From an uncultured Gammaproteobacteria bacterium (GTDB taxonomy: Bacteria > Pseudomonadota > Gammaproteobacteria > Natronospirales > REEB76), in contig CAZPAO010000010.1 of NCBI GenBank assembly GCA_964584665.1, positions 435 to 64,434 on the forward strand: 64,000 nucleotides of DNA, read 5' to 3'. Under the pieces are notes generated by a model. The model worked only from the letters and a program-made list of their open reading frames with translations. It was not told the DNA's origin and did no database searches. Position 1 is the stretch's first letter; every line of letters starts with the position of its first letter. This document shows positions 9,989-18,337 of the stretch, one piece after another. The translations under genes and the position numbers were made by a program.

Positions 9989-11710
9989 TTATTCGGCGAC
10001 GGTGACGCGGTTGAGTTCGGCCAAGCCGAAGTCACCACGCTTCACCTTGGTGAGCGCCGAGCGGCGCAGGTCAGGGACGCCCTCCGCCGTCGCCTGGTCG
10101 GCGATCTGGATGGCGTTACCGCCTTCCATGATGATCTTGCCCATGGCCTCGGATACGGGCATTACCTGATACACGCCGGTACGGCCCTTATAGCCCTCGT
10201 TGCACTGGTCGCAACCCACCGGCTCGAAGATGGTGATGCCGGCATCGATCTCGGTCTCGGTGAAACCTTCCTTGAGCAGGGCTTCGCGCGGGATATCAGC
10301 CGGCTTCTTGCAGTTCTTGCAGAGCCGGCGCGCCAGGCGTTGCGCGATGATCAGGTTCACCGCGGTGGCGATGGAGTAGGGCGCCACGCCGATGTCGGCG
10401 AGGCGGGTCAGGGTCTTGGGCGCATCGTTGGTGTGCAGCGTGGCCAGCACCATATGGCCGGTCTGGGCCGCCTTGATGGCGATCTCGGCGGTTTCGAGGT
10501 CTCGGATCTCGCCCACCAGGATGATGTCCGGATCGAGTCGGAGGAAGGACTTGAGCGCCGCGCCGAAGGTGAGACCCACCTTGGGGTTCACGTTCACCTG
10601 GTTCACGCCGGGCAGCTGGATTTCCGCCGGGTCTTCGGCGGTGCAGATGTTGCGGTCCTCGGTGTTGAGGATGTTGATGCCGGTGTACAGCGACACGGTC
10701 TTGCCGGAGCCCGTGGGTCCCGTGATCAGTATCATGCCGTAGGGCTTGTCCAGGTTCTCCAGATAGAGCTTCTTCTGGAAGTCCTCGTAGCCCAAGGCAT
10801 CGATGCCGAGCTTGGCGCTGGAAGGGTCCAGGATACGCATCACGATCTTCTCGCCGAAGAGCGTGGGACAGGTGGCCATGCGGAAATCGATGGCGCGGGT
10901 GGCCGAGAGCTTGAGCTTGACGCGGCCGTCCTGGGGGATGCGGCGTTCGGAGATGTCGAGCTTGGCCATGACCTTGAGGCGCGCGGCGATCTTGGGGCCG
11001 AGCACCAAGGGCGGCTTCACCACTTCGCGCAGCATGCCGTCCTGGCGGAAGCGCACGCGATATTCCTTCTCGTAGGGCTCCCAGTGGATGTCCGAAGCAC
11101 CCTTGTTGATGGCGTCCAGCAGCACCTTGTTGACGAACTTCACCACCGGCGCATCGTCGATTTCGGCGCTGGCCTCGTCGGTGGGCGCGGCATCATCGTC
11201 CCCGGCGGTGATGTCGAGATCGCCGATGTCCCCGTCCGCCAGGTCCTTCATGGACGTATCCATGGACTGGACGGCCTTCTCGATGGCCTTGGCTAGCTTG
11301 TCTTCCTCGGCGATGACCGCGTCCACGGTCATGCCGGTCTTGAACTTGATCTCGTCCAGCGCCTGCAGGTTGGTGGGGTCGGAGACCGCCACGAACAGCT
11401 TGCGGCCGCGCTTGAACAGCGGCAGCGCGTGGTGTTTCTCGATGAGTTGGGCTTCTACGTCCTTGAGGGGTGCCTGGCCCAGGTCCATGGCATCAAGATC
11501 CACCGTCGGTACGCCGAACTCTTCGGAGGCAGCCCCGGCGACGGCTCGCGCGTTGATCTTCTTGTTGCGGACCAGGTAGCTGACCAGCAGCATCTTCTCG
11601 GCTGCGGCGTCGCGCTGTGCGTCGGCCGCATCGGCCTCGGACAGCAGACCGGCAGCCACCAGCCGCCGGGGGAGGCCGGTCAAGTTCGTCTTGACGGTGG
11701 TCGTGACCAT
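9989..11710 (-). CDS. pilB: Type IV pilus assembly ATPase PilB
   Basis: Walker A 'GPTGSGKT', 'GEIRD', 'GHMVLATLHTND' and the tetracysteine motif 'CKNC...CDQC'. The ATG at 11710 (MVTTTVK..., preceded by GGTAGGG) is preferred over the upstream GTG at 11746. Confidence 0.95.
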   Translation of the reverse strand: MVTTTVKTNLTGLPRRLVAAGLLSEADAADAQRDAAAEKMLLVSYLVRNKKINARAVAGAASEEFGVPTVDLDAMDLGQAPLKDVEAQLIEKHHALPLFKRGRKLFVAVSDPTNLQALDEIKFKTGMTVDAVIAEEDKLAKAIEKAVQSMDTSMKDLADGDIGDLDITAGDDDAAPTDEASAEIDDAPVVKFVNKVLLDAINKGASDIHWEPYEKEYRVRFRQDGMLREVVKPPLVLGPKIAARLKVMAKLDISERRIPQDGRVKLKLSATRAIDFRMATCPTLFGEKIVMRILDPSSAKLGIDALGYEDFQKKLYLENLDKPYGMILITGPTGSGKTVSLYTGINILNTEDRNICTAEDPAEIQLPGVNQVNVNPKVGLTFGAALKSFLRLDPDIILVGEIRDLETAEIAIKAAQTGHMVLATLHTNDAPKTLTRLADIGVAPYSIATAVNLIIAQRLARRLCKNCKKPADIPREALLKEGFTETEIDAGITIFEPVGCDQCNEGYKGRTGVYQVMPVSEAMGKIIMEGGNAIQIADQATAEGVPDLRRSALTKVKRGDFGLAELNRVTVAE

Positions 11711-11955
11711 GTCCCTACCCTTGAAGAAGAGAAGAATCCCGGACACCCAGGAATGGGTATCCCCCAGGCCTTAGATAGTAGTGCGTAGAGGGTTAAATTG
11801 TCCAACGGGGACAGGGGCCTGGAGCCTTTTTGGCAGCTAAAATCCCCTCGCGCCCGGCTGTCCGGAGGTCCCGGCAGGCGGGCTCCCGGTATGGGCCCAT
11901 CGGCCCAGTACGACAGATCGTGCGGGCACGGCTACCACCTCGACGAGGAGCGGAT

Positions 11956-13212
11956 TTGTTCAGTCTCGGGGCCCTGGGCCGCAATACCTTGTGGATGATC
12001 CTGGGCCAGGGTGCGCGCATCCTGGTGCAATTCGTCTACTTCATCCTCATCGCCCGCACCCTGCACCGGGATGGCTACGGCGCCTTCTCCGGAGCGGTGG
12101 CGCTGGTGGCGGTGCTGGCGCCCTTCGCCGGCTGGGGCAGCGGCAACCTGCTGGTCAAGAATGTGGCGCGGGCGCCGGAGCACTTCCGCACCTACTGGGG
12201 CCGAGCGCTCACGGTGCACCTGCTGAGCGCCGGTGCGCTGACGCTGCTCGCTCTCCTCCTCGCGCACCTGGTGTTGCCTGCGGCGGTCCCCCTCACCATG
12301 GTGCTGTGGATCGCCATCGCCGACCTGCTCTTCACGCGCTTGCTGGACACCTGCTATCTCGCGTTCCAATCGGTGCAGCGCCTGTCCCGGACCGCCGTCC
12401 TGGGCGTGCTGTTCGCCCTGGCACGGCTAGGGAGCGTCTTCTTGCTGCTCCAAGTGAGGACAGAAGCGGCGCTCGTCACCTGGGCGCTGTTCTATCTCTA
12501 CGCCACGATCGCGGCGGCTGCCATCGGCGTCGCCTGGGTATCGCTGGAACTCGGTATGCCGCGTTGGGACATGCGCGGCTGGCGCCGGGAATCCGGCGAG
12601 GGTTTCTACTTCGCCTCGAGCTTGAGCGCCCAACGCATCTACCTGGATAGCGATAAGGCGCTGCTCACGCGCCTGGGTTCGCTGGAAGCGGCAGGCATCT
12701 ATACCGCGGCAGCGCGCATCGTCGAGGTGGCCTTCATCCCGGTCTATTCGCTCCTGGCAGCGGCCTATGCGCACTTCTTCACCTCCGGCCAGCAGGGCGT
12801 GCGGGGCACCCTGGCACTGTCGAAGCGCCTGCTGCCCTATGCGCTCGGCTATGCCGTGGCGGCGGGCATAGGGCTCTATTGCCTCGCACCGCTCTTGCCC
12901 TGGCTCCTGGGCGCCGAGTTCTCTGAATCCGTGACTGCGATGCGCTGGCTTGCGGCGGTACCGCTGCTCATGACGTTGCATCGTTTCGCCGCCGAATCGC
13001 TCACCGGTGCCGGCTGGCAGTCGACCCGCACCCACATCGAGTTCGGTGCCGCCGGCATCAACGTGGTGCTCAACATCATCGTCGTGCCGATCTATTCCTG
13101 GCGTGGGACTGCCGCCATCACCATCGTCACGGAAGTGTTGCTGGTGATCGCTCTCGGGATCGCGCTCCGCGGCATCGCCCGTTCGGCCCGAGGGCATGAG
13201 GCTCGGACGTGA
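11956..13212 (+). CDS. MOP-superfamily (Wzx-like) oligosaccharide flippase
   Basis: About 12 predicted TM segments. The N-terminus 'LGRNTLWMILGQGARILVQFVYFILIARTL' is typical of polysaccharide-biosynthesis/Wzx proteins. TTG start at 11956, 5 nt after a GAGGAG Shine-Dalgarno (11945-11950). The upstream part of the ORF (from 11830) looks like Arg/Pro-rich non-coding read-through. Confidence 0.65.
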   Translation: MFSLGALGRNTLWMILGQGARILVQFVYFILIARTLHRDGYGAFSGAVALVAVLAPFAGWGSGNLLVKNVARAPEHFRTYWGRALTVHLLSAGALTLLALLLAHLVLPAAVPLTMVLWIAIADLLFTRLLDTCYLAFQSVQRLSRTAVLGVLFALARLGSVFLLLQVRTEAALVTWALFYLYATIAAAAIGVAWVSLELGMPRWDMRGWRRESGEGFYFASSLSAQRIYLDSDKALLTRLGSLEAAGIYTAAARIVEVAFIPVYSLLAAAYAHFFTSGQQGVRGTLALSKRLLPYALGYAVAAGIGLYCLAPLLPWLLGAEFSESVTAMRWLAAVPLLMTLHRFAAESLTGAGWQSTRTHIEFGAAGINVVLNIIVVPIYSWRGTAAITIVTEVLLVIALGIALRGIARSARGHEART

Positions 13213-14198
13213 GCGGCGCTCCACGCATCCGGCGCAGCGACCGTTTCGCCGTCTTCTGGGGCGGTGGTCTGGGGGACATCCTGGCCTTGCGCCCCTTGCT
13301 GCAAGCGCTGGAAGGGACTCTGGACCGGCCGCCGGACTTCTTCACCACGGCGACTCACCTGCAGGGCTTGTTCCAGGAGTTGGGTCTACGGGTCACGCCG
13401 CACATCCTGCCCGCGCAGCCGTTCCCGGCGCTCAAGCTGTTCCGGGACCTCGGCGTGCGGTTCGACTGGCTCTACCTCGGCGCCTATCCACGCATCAAGA
13501 CACGCATGCTCGCCCATGTGGTGGGCGCCGGGCGCATCTGGAGCAGCCGGCATCCGGACGCCGATGCTTTCATCGGCGAACAGGTGCTGGCGGATGTGCG
13601 TGCCTTGGGGCTCGCCACCGATGGTCAGCCCTATGGCGGCGGCGCAGGCATGCCCCGCGCGTCGGCGGCGTCGCCCCCGGATTACCTGCTGTTCCATCCG
13701 GGTGCGAAGGCCCGCTGGGAGACCACCCGGTGGGCCGCCGACCATTGGCGGGCTTTGCTGCAGCAAGTGCTGGAGGCATCCGCGACGGACGTGATGCTGG
13801 TGGGCGTGGAAGCGGAACGTGGCGGCCTCGAAGCGCTACAGCAGGGGCTCGAGCCGAACCTGCGTGGGCGCACGCACATATCGACCCAGTTGCCGCTGGC
13901 GGGCTTGGTCTCTGCGGTGGAGCGCAGCCGGGGCGTGGTCTGCCACAACTCCGGCATCCTGCATCTCGCCGCTCTGCTGGGGCGGCCTACGGTTGCGATC
14001 ACGGGTTCTTCGGCTCGCTTCTGGCGCCCGCCGTATCCGCATGTGCAGAACGTGACATCCGGCGCCTGTGAGCTGGCCTGCAACCAATACCGCTGCCCGG
14101 TGCCCTTCTACCGCGCCCGCTGCATCCGCGAGCTGGGTGTGGAGCAGGTGCTGGCCGCGGTGCTGCCCATGCTCACTCTCAAGACCGCCGCGCGCTGA
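13209..14198 (+). CDS. Glycosyltransferase family 9 (heptosyltransferase-like)
   Basis: GT9 pattern: 'GGGLGDILALRPLLQAL', 'LLFHPGAKARWETTRW...HWRALL' and 'LAGLVSAVERSRGVVCHNSGILHLAALLGRPTVAI'. The GTGA start overlaps the flippase stop. Confidence 0.7.
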   Translation: MSGAPRIRRSDRFAVFWGGGLGDILALRPLLQALEGTLDRPPDFFTTATHLQGLFQELGLRVTPHILPAQPFPALKLFRDLGVRFDWLYLGAYPRIKTRMLAHVVGAGRIWSSRHPDADAFIGEQVLADVRALGLATDGQPYGGGAGMPRASAASPPDYLLFHPGAKARWETTRWAADHWRALLQQVLEASATDVMLVGVEAERGGLEALQQGLEPNLRGRTHISTQLPLAGLVSAVERSRGVVCHNSGILHLAALLGRPTVAITGSSARFWRPPYPHVQNVTSGACELACNQYRCPVPFYRARCIRELGVEQVLAAVLPMLTLKTAAR

Positions 14199-15372
14199 TC
14201 AGCCCTTCATAGAGCGCGCGGTAGCGTTCTGCCACATCCTGCCAATCGTAGGCCTCGATCACTTGCTGTCGGCCTGTGGCGGCGGTCGATCGTGCCATTT
14301 CCGGTTCGGCCGACATGCGCTCTATGCACCCCGCGAGAGCGACGGCATCACCAGGCGTGAACAGCAAGCCGGTCTCTCCATCCCGCACCACTTCGCTCAC
14401 CGCCGGCAGGCGACTAGCGATCACCGGGCAACCGCAGGCGAGCGCTTCCAGGGGCACCAGACCCATGCCTTCTTGTTGCCCCTTGGAGCCCAGTAGGGAG
14501 GGGAAAACCAATGCTGCCGCCCGGCGATAGAACTCCGGCAAGGTATCGTTGGGCAATGCACCCAGGAACTCCACTTGCGGTGTGAGCTCCAGAGCCTGCA
14601 CGAGCGATCGCAAGTCCGTTTCGGCCGGGCCGGTACCGATGATCTTCAAGTGCGGATGCAGGCCCCGGGCCTGCAATGCTGCCAGGGCATGCAATAGCGT
14701 CTGTACGCCCTTGTCCTGCACCAGCCGCCCTACATAGAGCAGGCCATCCCGCGACGCACCTGCGACGGGCGGTGTGAAGTGTCGCGTATCTATGCCCATG
14801 GGCAGGATCCGTGGAACGAGGCCGGGGAGGAGATTCACGGCCTTCGCGCCGAGCGCGCCGCTCACCACCGTCACCGCATCGGCGTGCGCCAGGGCATGGC
14901 GCTTGAAAGGCCGCGCCCAGGGGGCATCCAGCGCGAAGAGATCCGAGCCGTGGCTGGTGCAGAGCAGCGCGCGCGCACCCTTGAGCCGTGCACCGATGAA
15001 GCCGTGGGGTACGGCCCAATGGGCGTGGATGAGGGCGTAATCTTCCTGTCGCAGCAGTCGCGAGCCAGCGAGATACTCCGCGGTTAACAGCGGCAATAGG
15101 CCGGCCGCGCGCCAGGGATATCGGCGCAGGCCCGGCAGCATGCCGCCGCCGTAGGCCAGGGTCTCCATGCGTTCCGGCAGATAACGGAAACGATGCATAT
15201 GCACGCCATCCAGTTGCTCCTCGACCGCGCTGCCGGGTGCGTGGGGTGCAAGCACGTGCATCTCGAACCAGGCGGTCAGCCGGCGCGTGAGTTCGTGCAC
15301 GAACGGCGGCACGGTCGCATCTCCCGCGTAGCGCGGGTAGGTCGAGGTGAGCACCAGGATGCGGCGCTGCAC
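14179..15372 (-). CDS. Glycosyltransferase family 4 (GT-B, RfaG-like)
   Basis: 397 aa with 'ILVLTSTYPRYAGD' and the C-terminal EX7E region 'EGMGLVPLEALACGCPVIAS...E'. Its 3' end overlaps the GT9 gene convergently by 20 bp. Confidence 0.85.
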   Translation of the reverse strand: MQRRILVLTSTYPRYAGDATVPPFVHELTRRLTAWFEMHVLAPHAPGSAVEEQLDGVHMHRFRYLPERMETLAYGGGMLPGLRRYPWRAAGLLPLLTAEYLAGSRLLRQEDYALIHAHWAVPHGFIGARLKGARALLCTSHGSDLFALDAPWARPFKRHALAHADAVTVVSGALGAKAVNLLPGLVPRILPMGIDTRHFTPPVAGASRDGLLYVGRLVQDKGVQTLLHALAALQARGLHPHLKIIGTGPAETDLRSLVQALELTPQVEFLGALPNDTLPEFYRRAAALVFPSLLGSKGQQEGMGLVPLEALACGCPVIASRLPAVSEVVRDGETGLLFTPGDAVALAGCIERMSAEPEMARSTAATGRQQVIEAYDWQDVAERYRALYEGLISARRS

Positions 15373-15382
15373 TCGGTCCCCG

Positions 15383-16252
15383 TCAGGCGTTGCGGCTGTA
15401 GAGGAGGGTAGTGATCTGTTCCGACACCAACCCGATCAGGAACACCAGCACCGAGGTGATGATGAGCAGCGCCGTCATGTTGGTGAACCGGTGATACTCG
15501 ATGAAGGTATACAGGTAGTAACCGACGCCGGTGCAGAAGAACAGCGCGCTGATGGGCAGGAAGATCTTGAGCGGCGAATAGAGCGTGGCGATCTTGAAGA
15601 TGATGAGGAGGAAGCGCACGCCGTCACGCAACGGGCGGATATGGCTCTTGCCCTCGCGCTTCTTCACTTCGATCGGCAGGTAGCCCACCCGGTAGCCGGC
15701 ACGGAAGAACGCCATGGTGATGGTGGTGGGATAGGAGAAGCCGTTGGGCAGGAGATACAGGAACTGACGGAAGCGTTCCGCATCCGCCGCCCGGAAACCC
15801 GAGGTGAGATCCAGGATGCGATGACCCGTCATCCAACTCGACAGCAGGTTGTAGAAACCGTTGGCGAGATGCCGCCAGGGAGATGCTTGGGAACGGCCGC
15901 CGCTGCGGGCACCCACCACCATGTCATAGCCCTGGGCCTGCATCTCCAGGAGGCGCGCCACGTCTGCCGGGGCATGCTGACCGTCCGCGTCCATGCATAC
16001 CACCAGCTGGCCGCGGGCCGCGCGGACGCCGGCCTTCACCGCCGCGCCGTTGCCGAGGGAATAAGGGTTGCGCACCACCACGGCACCCGCCTGGTGTGCC
16101 GCATCGCCGGTACCGTCGGAGGAGCCATCGTCCACCACGATGAGTTCCGCGTCCGGATGCAGGCGCCGGAGTTCCTGCAGCACGCCGGGCAGGCTGCGGG
16201 ACTCGTCTTTGGCTGGGATCACGATGGACAAGCGCGGTGGGGTCGCGTTCAT
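15383..16252 (-). CDS. GT2 polyprenyl-phosphate glycosyltransferase (GtrB/ArnC/DPM1-like)
   Basis: GT-A motifs 'LSIVIPAKDE', 'VVDDGSSDGT' and 'VVCMDADGQH', plus two C-terminal TM helices ('LLIIFKIATLY...', 'ALLIITSVLVFLIGLVSEQI'). The helices are characteristic of the lipid-phosphate-sugar synthase subgroup. Confidence 0.85.
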   Translation of the reverse strand: MNATPPRLSIVIPAKDESRSLPGVLQELRRLHPDAELIVVDDGSSDGTGDAAHQAGAVVVRNPYSLGNGAAVKAGVRAARGQLVVCMDADGQHAPADVARLLEMQAQGYDMVVGARSGGRSQASPWRHLANGFYNLLSSWMTGHRILDLTSGFRAADAERFRQFLYLLPNGFSYPTTITMAFFRAGYRVGYLPIEVKKREGKSHIRPLRDGVRFLLIIFKIATLYSPLKIFLPISALFFCTGVGYYLYTFIEYHRFTNMTALLIITSVLVFLIGLVSEQITTLLYSRNA

Positions 16253-16298
16253 GGGACTCTATGCCGGCCGCTCGGTATGTCGCGCCAATATAGCATCT

Positions 16299-18254
16299 TC
16301 AGCGCGGATGTTCGGCGGCGGGAAGGCTGTCGATCTCATCCTGGAGTTCGGCGATGACCGGATCCAGGTGGCCGAGGTAGTTCAACCGGCGCAGGCCCTC
16401 CAGATCCTGCCGCGCCAGATCCGGATTCCCGAGACTGATGTCCATGGTCACTATGTTCTCCTGGTACTGGGCCTCGTTCGGCACCAGGGCCGCCGCCTGC
16501 ACCATGAGTTCGCGCGCCTTGCGCACGTCGTGGCTGCTGAAAGCGGTGTAGTTGCCGTAGATCACCAGGATGTTGGCGTGGGTGTCCCGTAGCGTCACGA
16601 GATAGGGGTTGGCCAGCGCCGAGTCGAAGATTGCTTGCATGTCCTTGGGGTCCACCACGCAGTTGCGCTTGTAGACGCATTCCCCCAGGGCCGCGAGGCC
16701 CTGGATATCCGAGGCCGAGAGCTTGCGGTCGCCGAGTTTCCGCGCGATGCGGGGCAGCACATCCGGGTCCACTTTGCCCTTGAGTTGCGCCTGCACCAGC
16801 ACCAGCGAGACGTCTGGGATCACGGTGGAGTGGGGCACCAGCGACGCCGCGCGCAAGGAGGTCACGGCATCGGCATACTCGTCCTTGTCGGTCATCAGCG
16901 CCAGGTTGGCGTAGGTCTGGCCCAGCATATAAGTGGCATAAGGGGACTGCGGATGGTGGCGCGCTTCGGCGGAGGCGAAATCCAGGTTGTCACGCCAGTC
17001 ATAGGCGCGCTGCCAGGTCATGGCGGCACAGAGCACGACCAGCATGCCTACCACTGCGTAGCGCAGCCGGGGAAACTGCGGTTGCGGGGTGAGGGGACAG
17101 ATGAGCGACATCAGCGCCAGCAATAGCCCTAGGTCCGGCAGGTAGCAGCGGTGCTCGTAGGCGAGTTCCAGGGGGAAGATCGTCGATTCCATGAGTTGGC
17201 CGCCCAGGAACCAGGCGAGCCCTAAGGCCACTAAGGGCAGGCGTCTGCGCAAGACGAAACAGGCGGCCGCGAGGCCCGCGAGGCCGAGGATGGAGATGAG
17301 CGTGGTGATGGGCTGCAGCAAGCCCCGCGAAGGCAGGATATCGTCGTGATAGAGCCCGAGTTCCGCCGGGTAGGGGACGAAGGTCCAGCGGATATAGAGC
17401 CATACCACCCGCGCTTCCGACAATAGGCGTTCCCGCAGGTCGTAGTCACGCCCCGAGTAGTCGAGGAAGGCGCCGTGATGGGCGAACAGCATCCAGCCGA
17501 GGCCGGCACAGCCGGGCAACAGCAGGAACAGCCCATAGAACCCTGCGATGCCGCGGTCGAAGCCGCCGTGCGCATCGCGGAAACGGAATATGAAGCACTC
17601 GATCGCAAGCGCATAGACCGGCAGCAGTGCACCGGATTCCTTGCAAAGCACCGCCACCAGCGTGGCGAGCGGGACCAGGATCCACAGCATCCAGCCCCCG
17701 CGACTGCCATCCAGGCCGTGTGTGCGCGACAGGAGGTAGGCGTTGAGCCCCAGTAGCACGAATACGGCCGACAGCGATGTCTCGCGTTGCACCACGTACA
17801 GCACCGGCATGGCGTTGAGCGGATGCAGCAGCCAGAGTGACGTGGTGAGCACTGCGAGCCAGGCGAGGGGCATCTCCGGCAACTGCGGTGCCTGCAAGCG
17901 GCGATACGCCGATAGCAACTGCATCAGCAACCACCCCATCAGCATGCCGTTCACGAGATGGATGGCCAGGTTCGTGGTCTTGAACGCCGCCGCGCCATCG
18001 GCCCCGGTGAAGTAGGCGTTGACGGCGAAGCTCAGCATGCTCACCGGCCGCATGGAGGGGCCGGCTTGGAACGAGAACATGGCATGGCTGAGGGAATCCC
18101 AGGAGAAGTCATGTATGGCGATGGCGCCGTTCTGTACCACGTTGGTGTAATCGTCGAGCGCGAAACCGCCAGTCAGCCCCGGCCAATAGACCGCCACCAC
18201 GGCCAGGCATGCCAGCAGTAGGGCCAAAGGGCGCAATGGCAGGGTCTTGTGCAT
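16299..18254 (-). CDS. GT-C-fold membrane glycosyltransferase with a C-terminal periplasmic TPR-like domain (TfpW/TMTC/PMT-like), copy 1
   Basis: 651 aa. About 10-11 TM helices in the first ~400 aa. First-loop acidic motif 'GGFALDDYTNV'. Conserved blocks 'LHPLN..VLYVVQRETSLSA', 'CKESGALLPVY' and 'LMESTIFPLELAYEHRCYLP' (DUF1736-like). The helical C-terminal ~230 aa is soluble. Confidence 0.6.
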   Translation of the reverse strand: MHKTLPLRPLALLLACLAVVAVYWPGLTGGFALDDYTNVVQNGAIAIHDFSWDSLSHAMFSFQAGPSMRPVSMLSFAVNAYFTGADGAAAFKTTNLAIHLVNGMLMGWLLMQLLSAYRRLQAPQLPEMPLAWLAVLTTSLWLLHPLNAMPVLYVVQRETSLSAVFVLLGLNAYLLSRTHGLDGSRGGWMLWILVPLATLVAVLCKESGALLPVYALAIECFIFRFRDAHGGFDRGIAGFYGLFLLLPGCAGLGWMLFAHHGAFLDYSGRDYDLRERLLSEARVVWLYIRWTFVPYPAELGLYHDDILPSRGLLQPITTLISILGLAGLAAACFVLRRRLPLVALGLAWFLGGQLMESTIFPLELAYEHRCYLPDLGLLLALMSLICPLTPQPQFPRLRYAVVGMLVVLCAAMTWQRAYDWRDNLDFASAEARHHPQSPYATYMLGQTYANLALMTDKDEYADAVTSLRAASLVPHSTVIPDVSLVLVQAQLKGKVDPDVLPRIARKLGDRKLSASDIQGLAALGECVYKRNCVVDPKDMQAIFDSALANPYLVTLRDTHANILVIYGNYTAFSSHDVRKARELMVQAAALVPNEAQYQENIVTMDISLGNPDLARQDLEGLRRLNYLGHLDPVIAELQDEIDSLPAAEHPR

Positions 18255-18337
18255 CTGTCGCTTTGGGACGGAAAGGGGGGATGGCAGCGCCAGATTCTAT
18301 CCGTAAGCCCGCTCGCCTGGAATCCGTTGTGGCCCTG

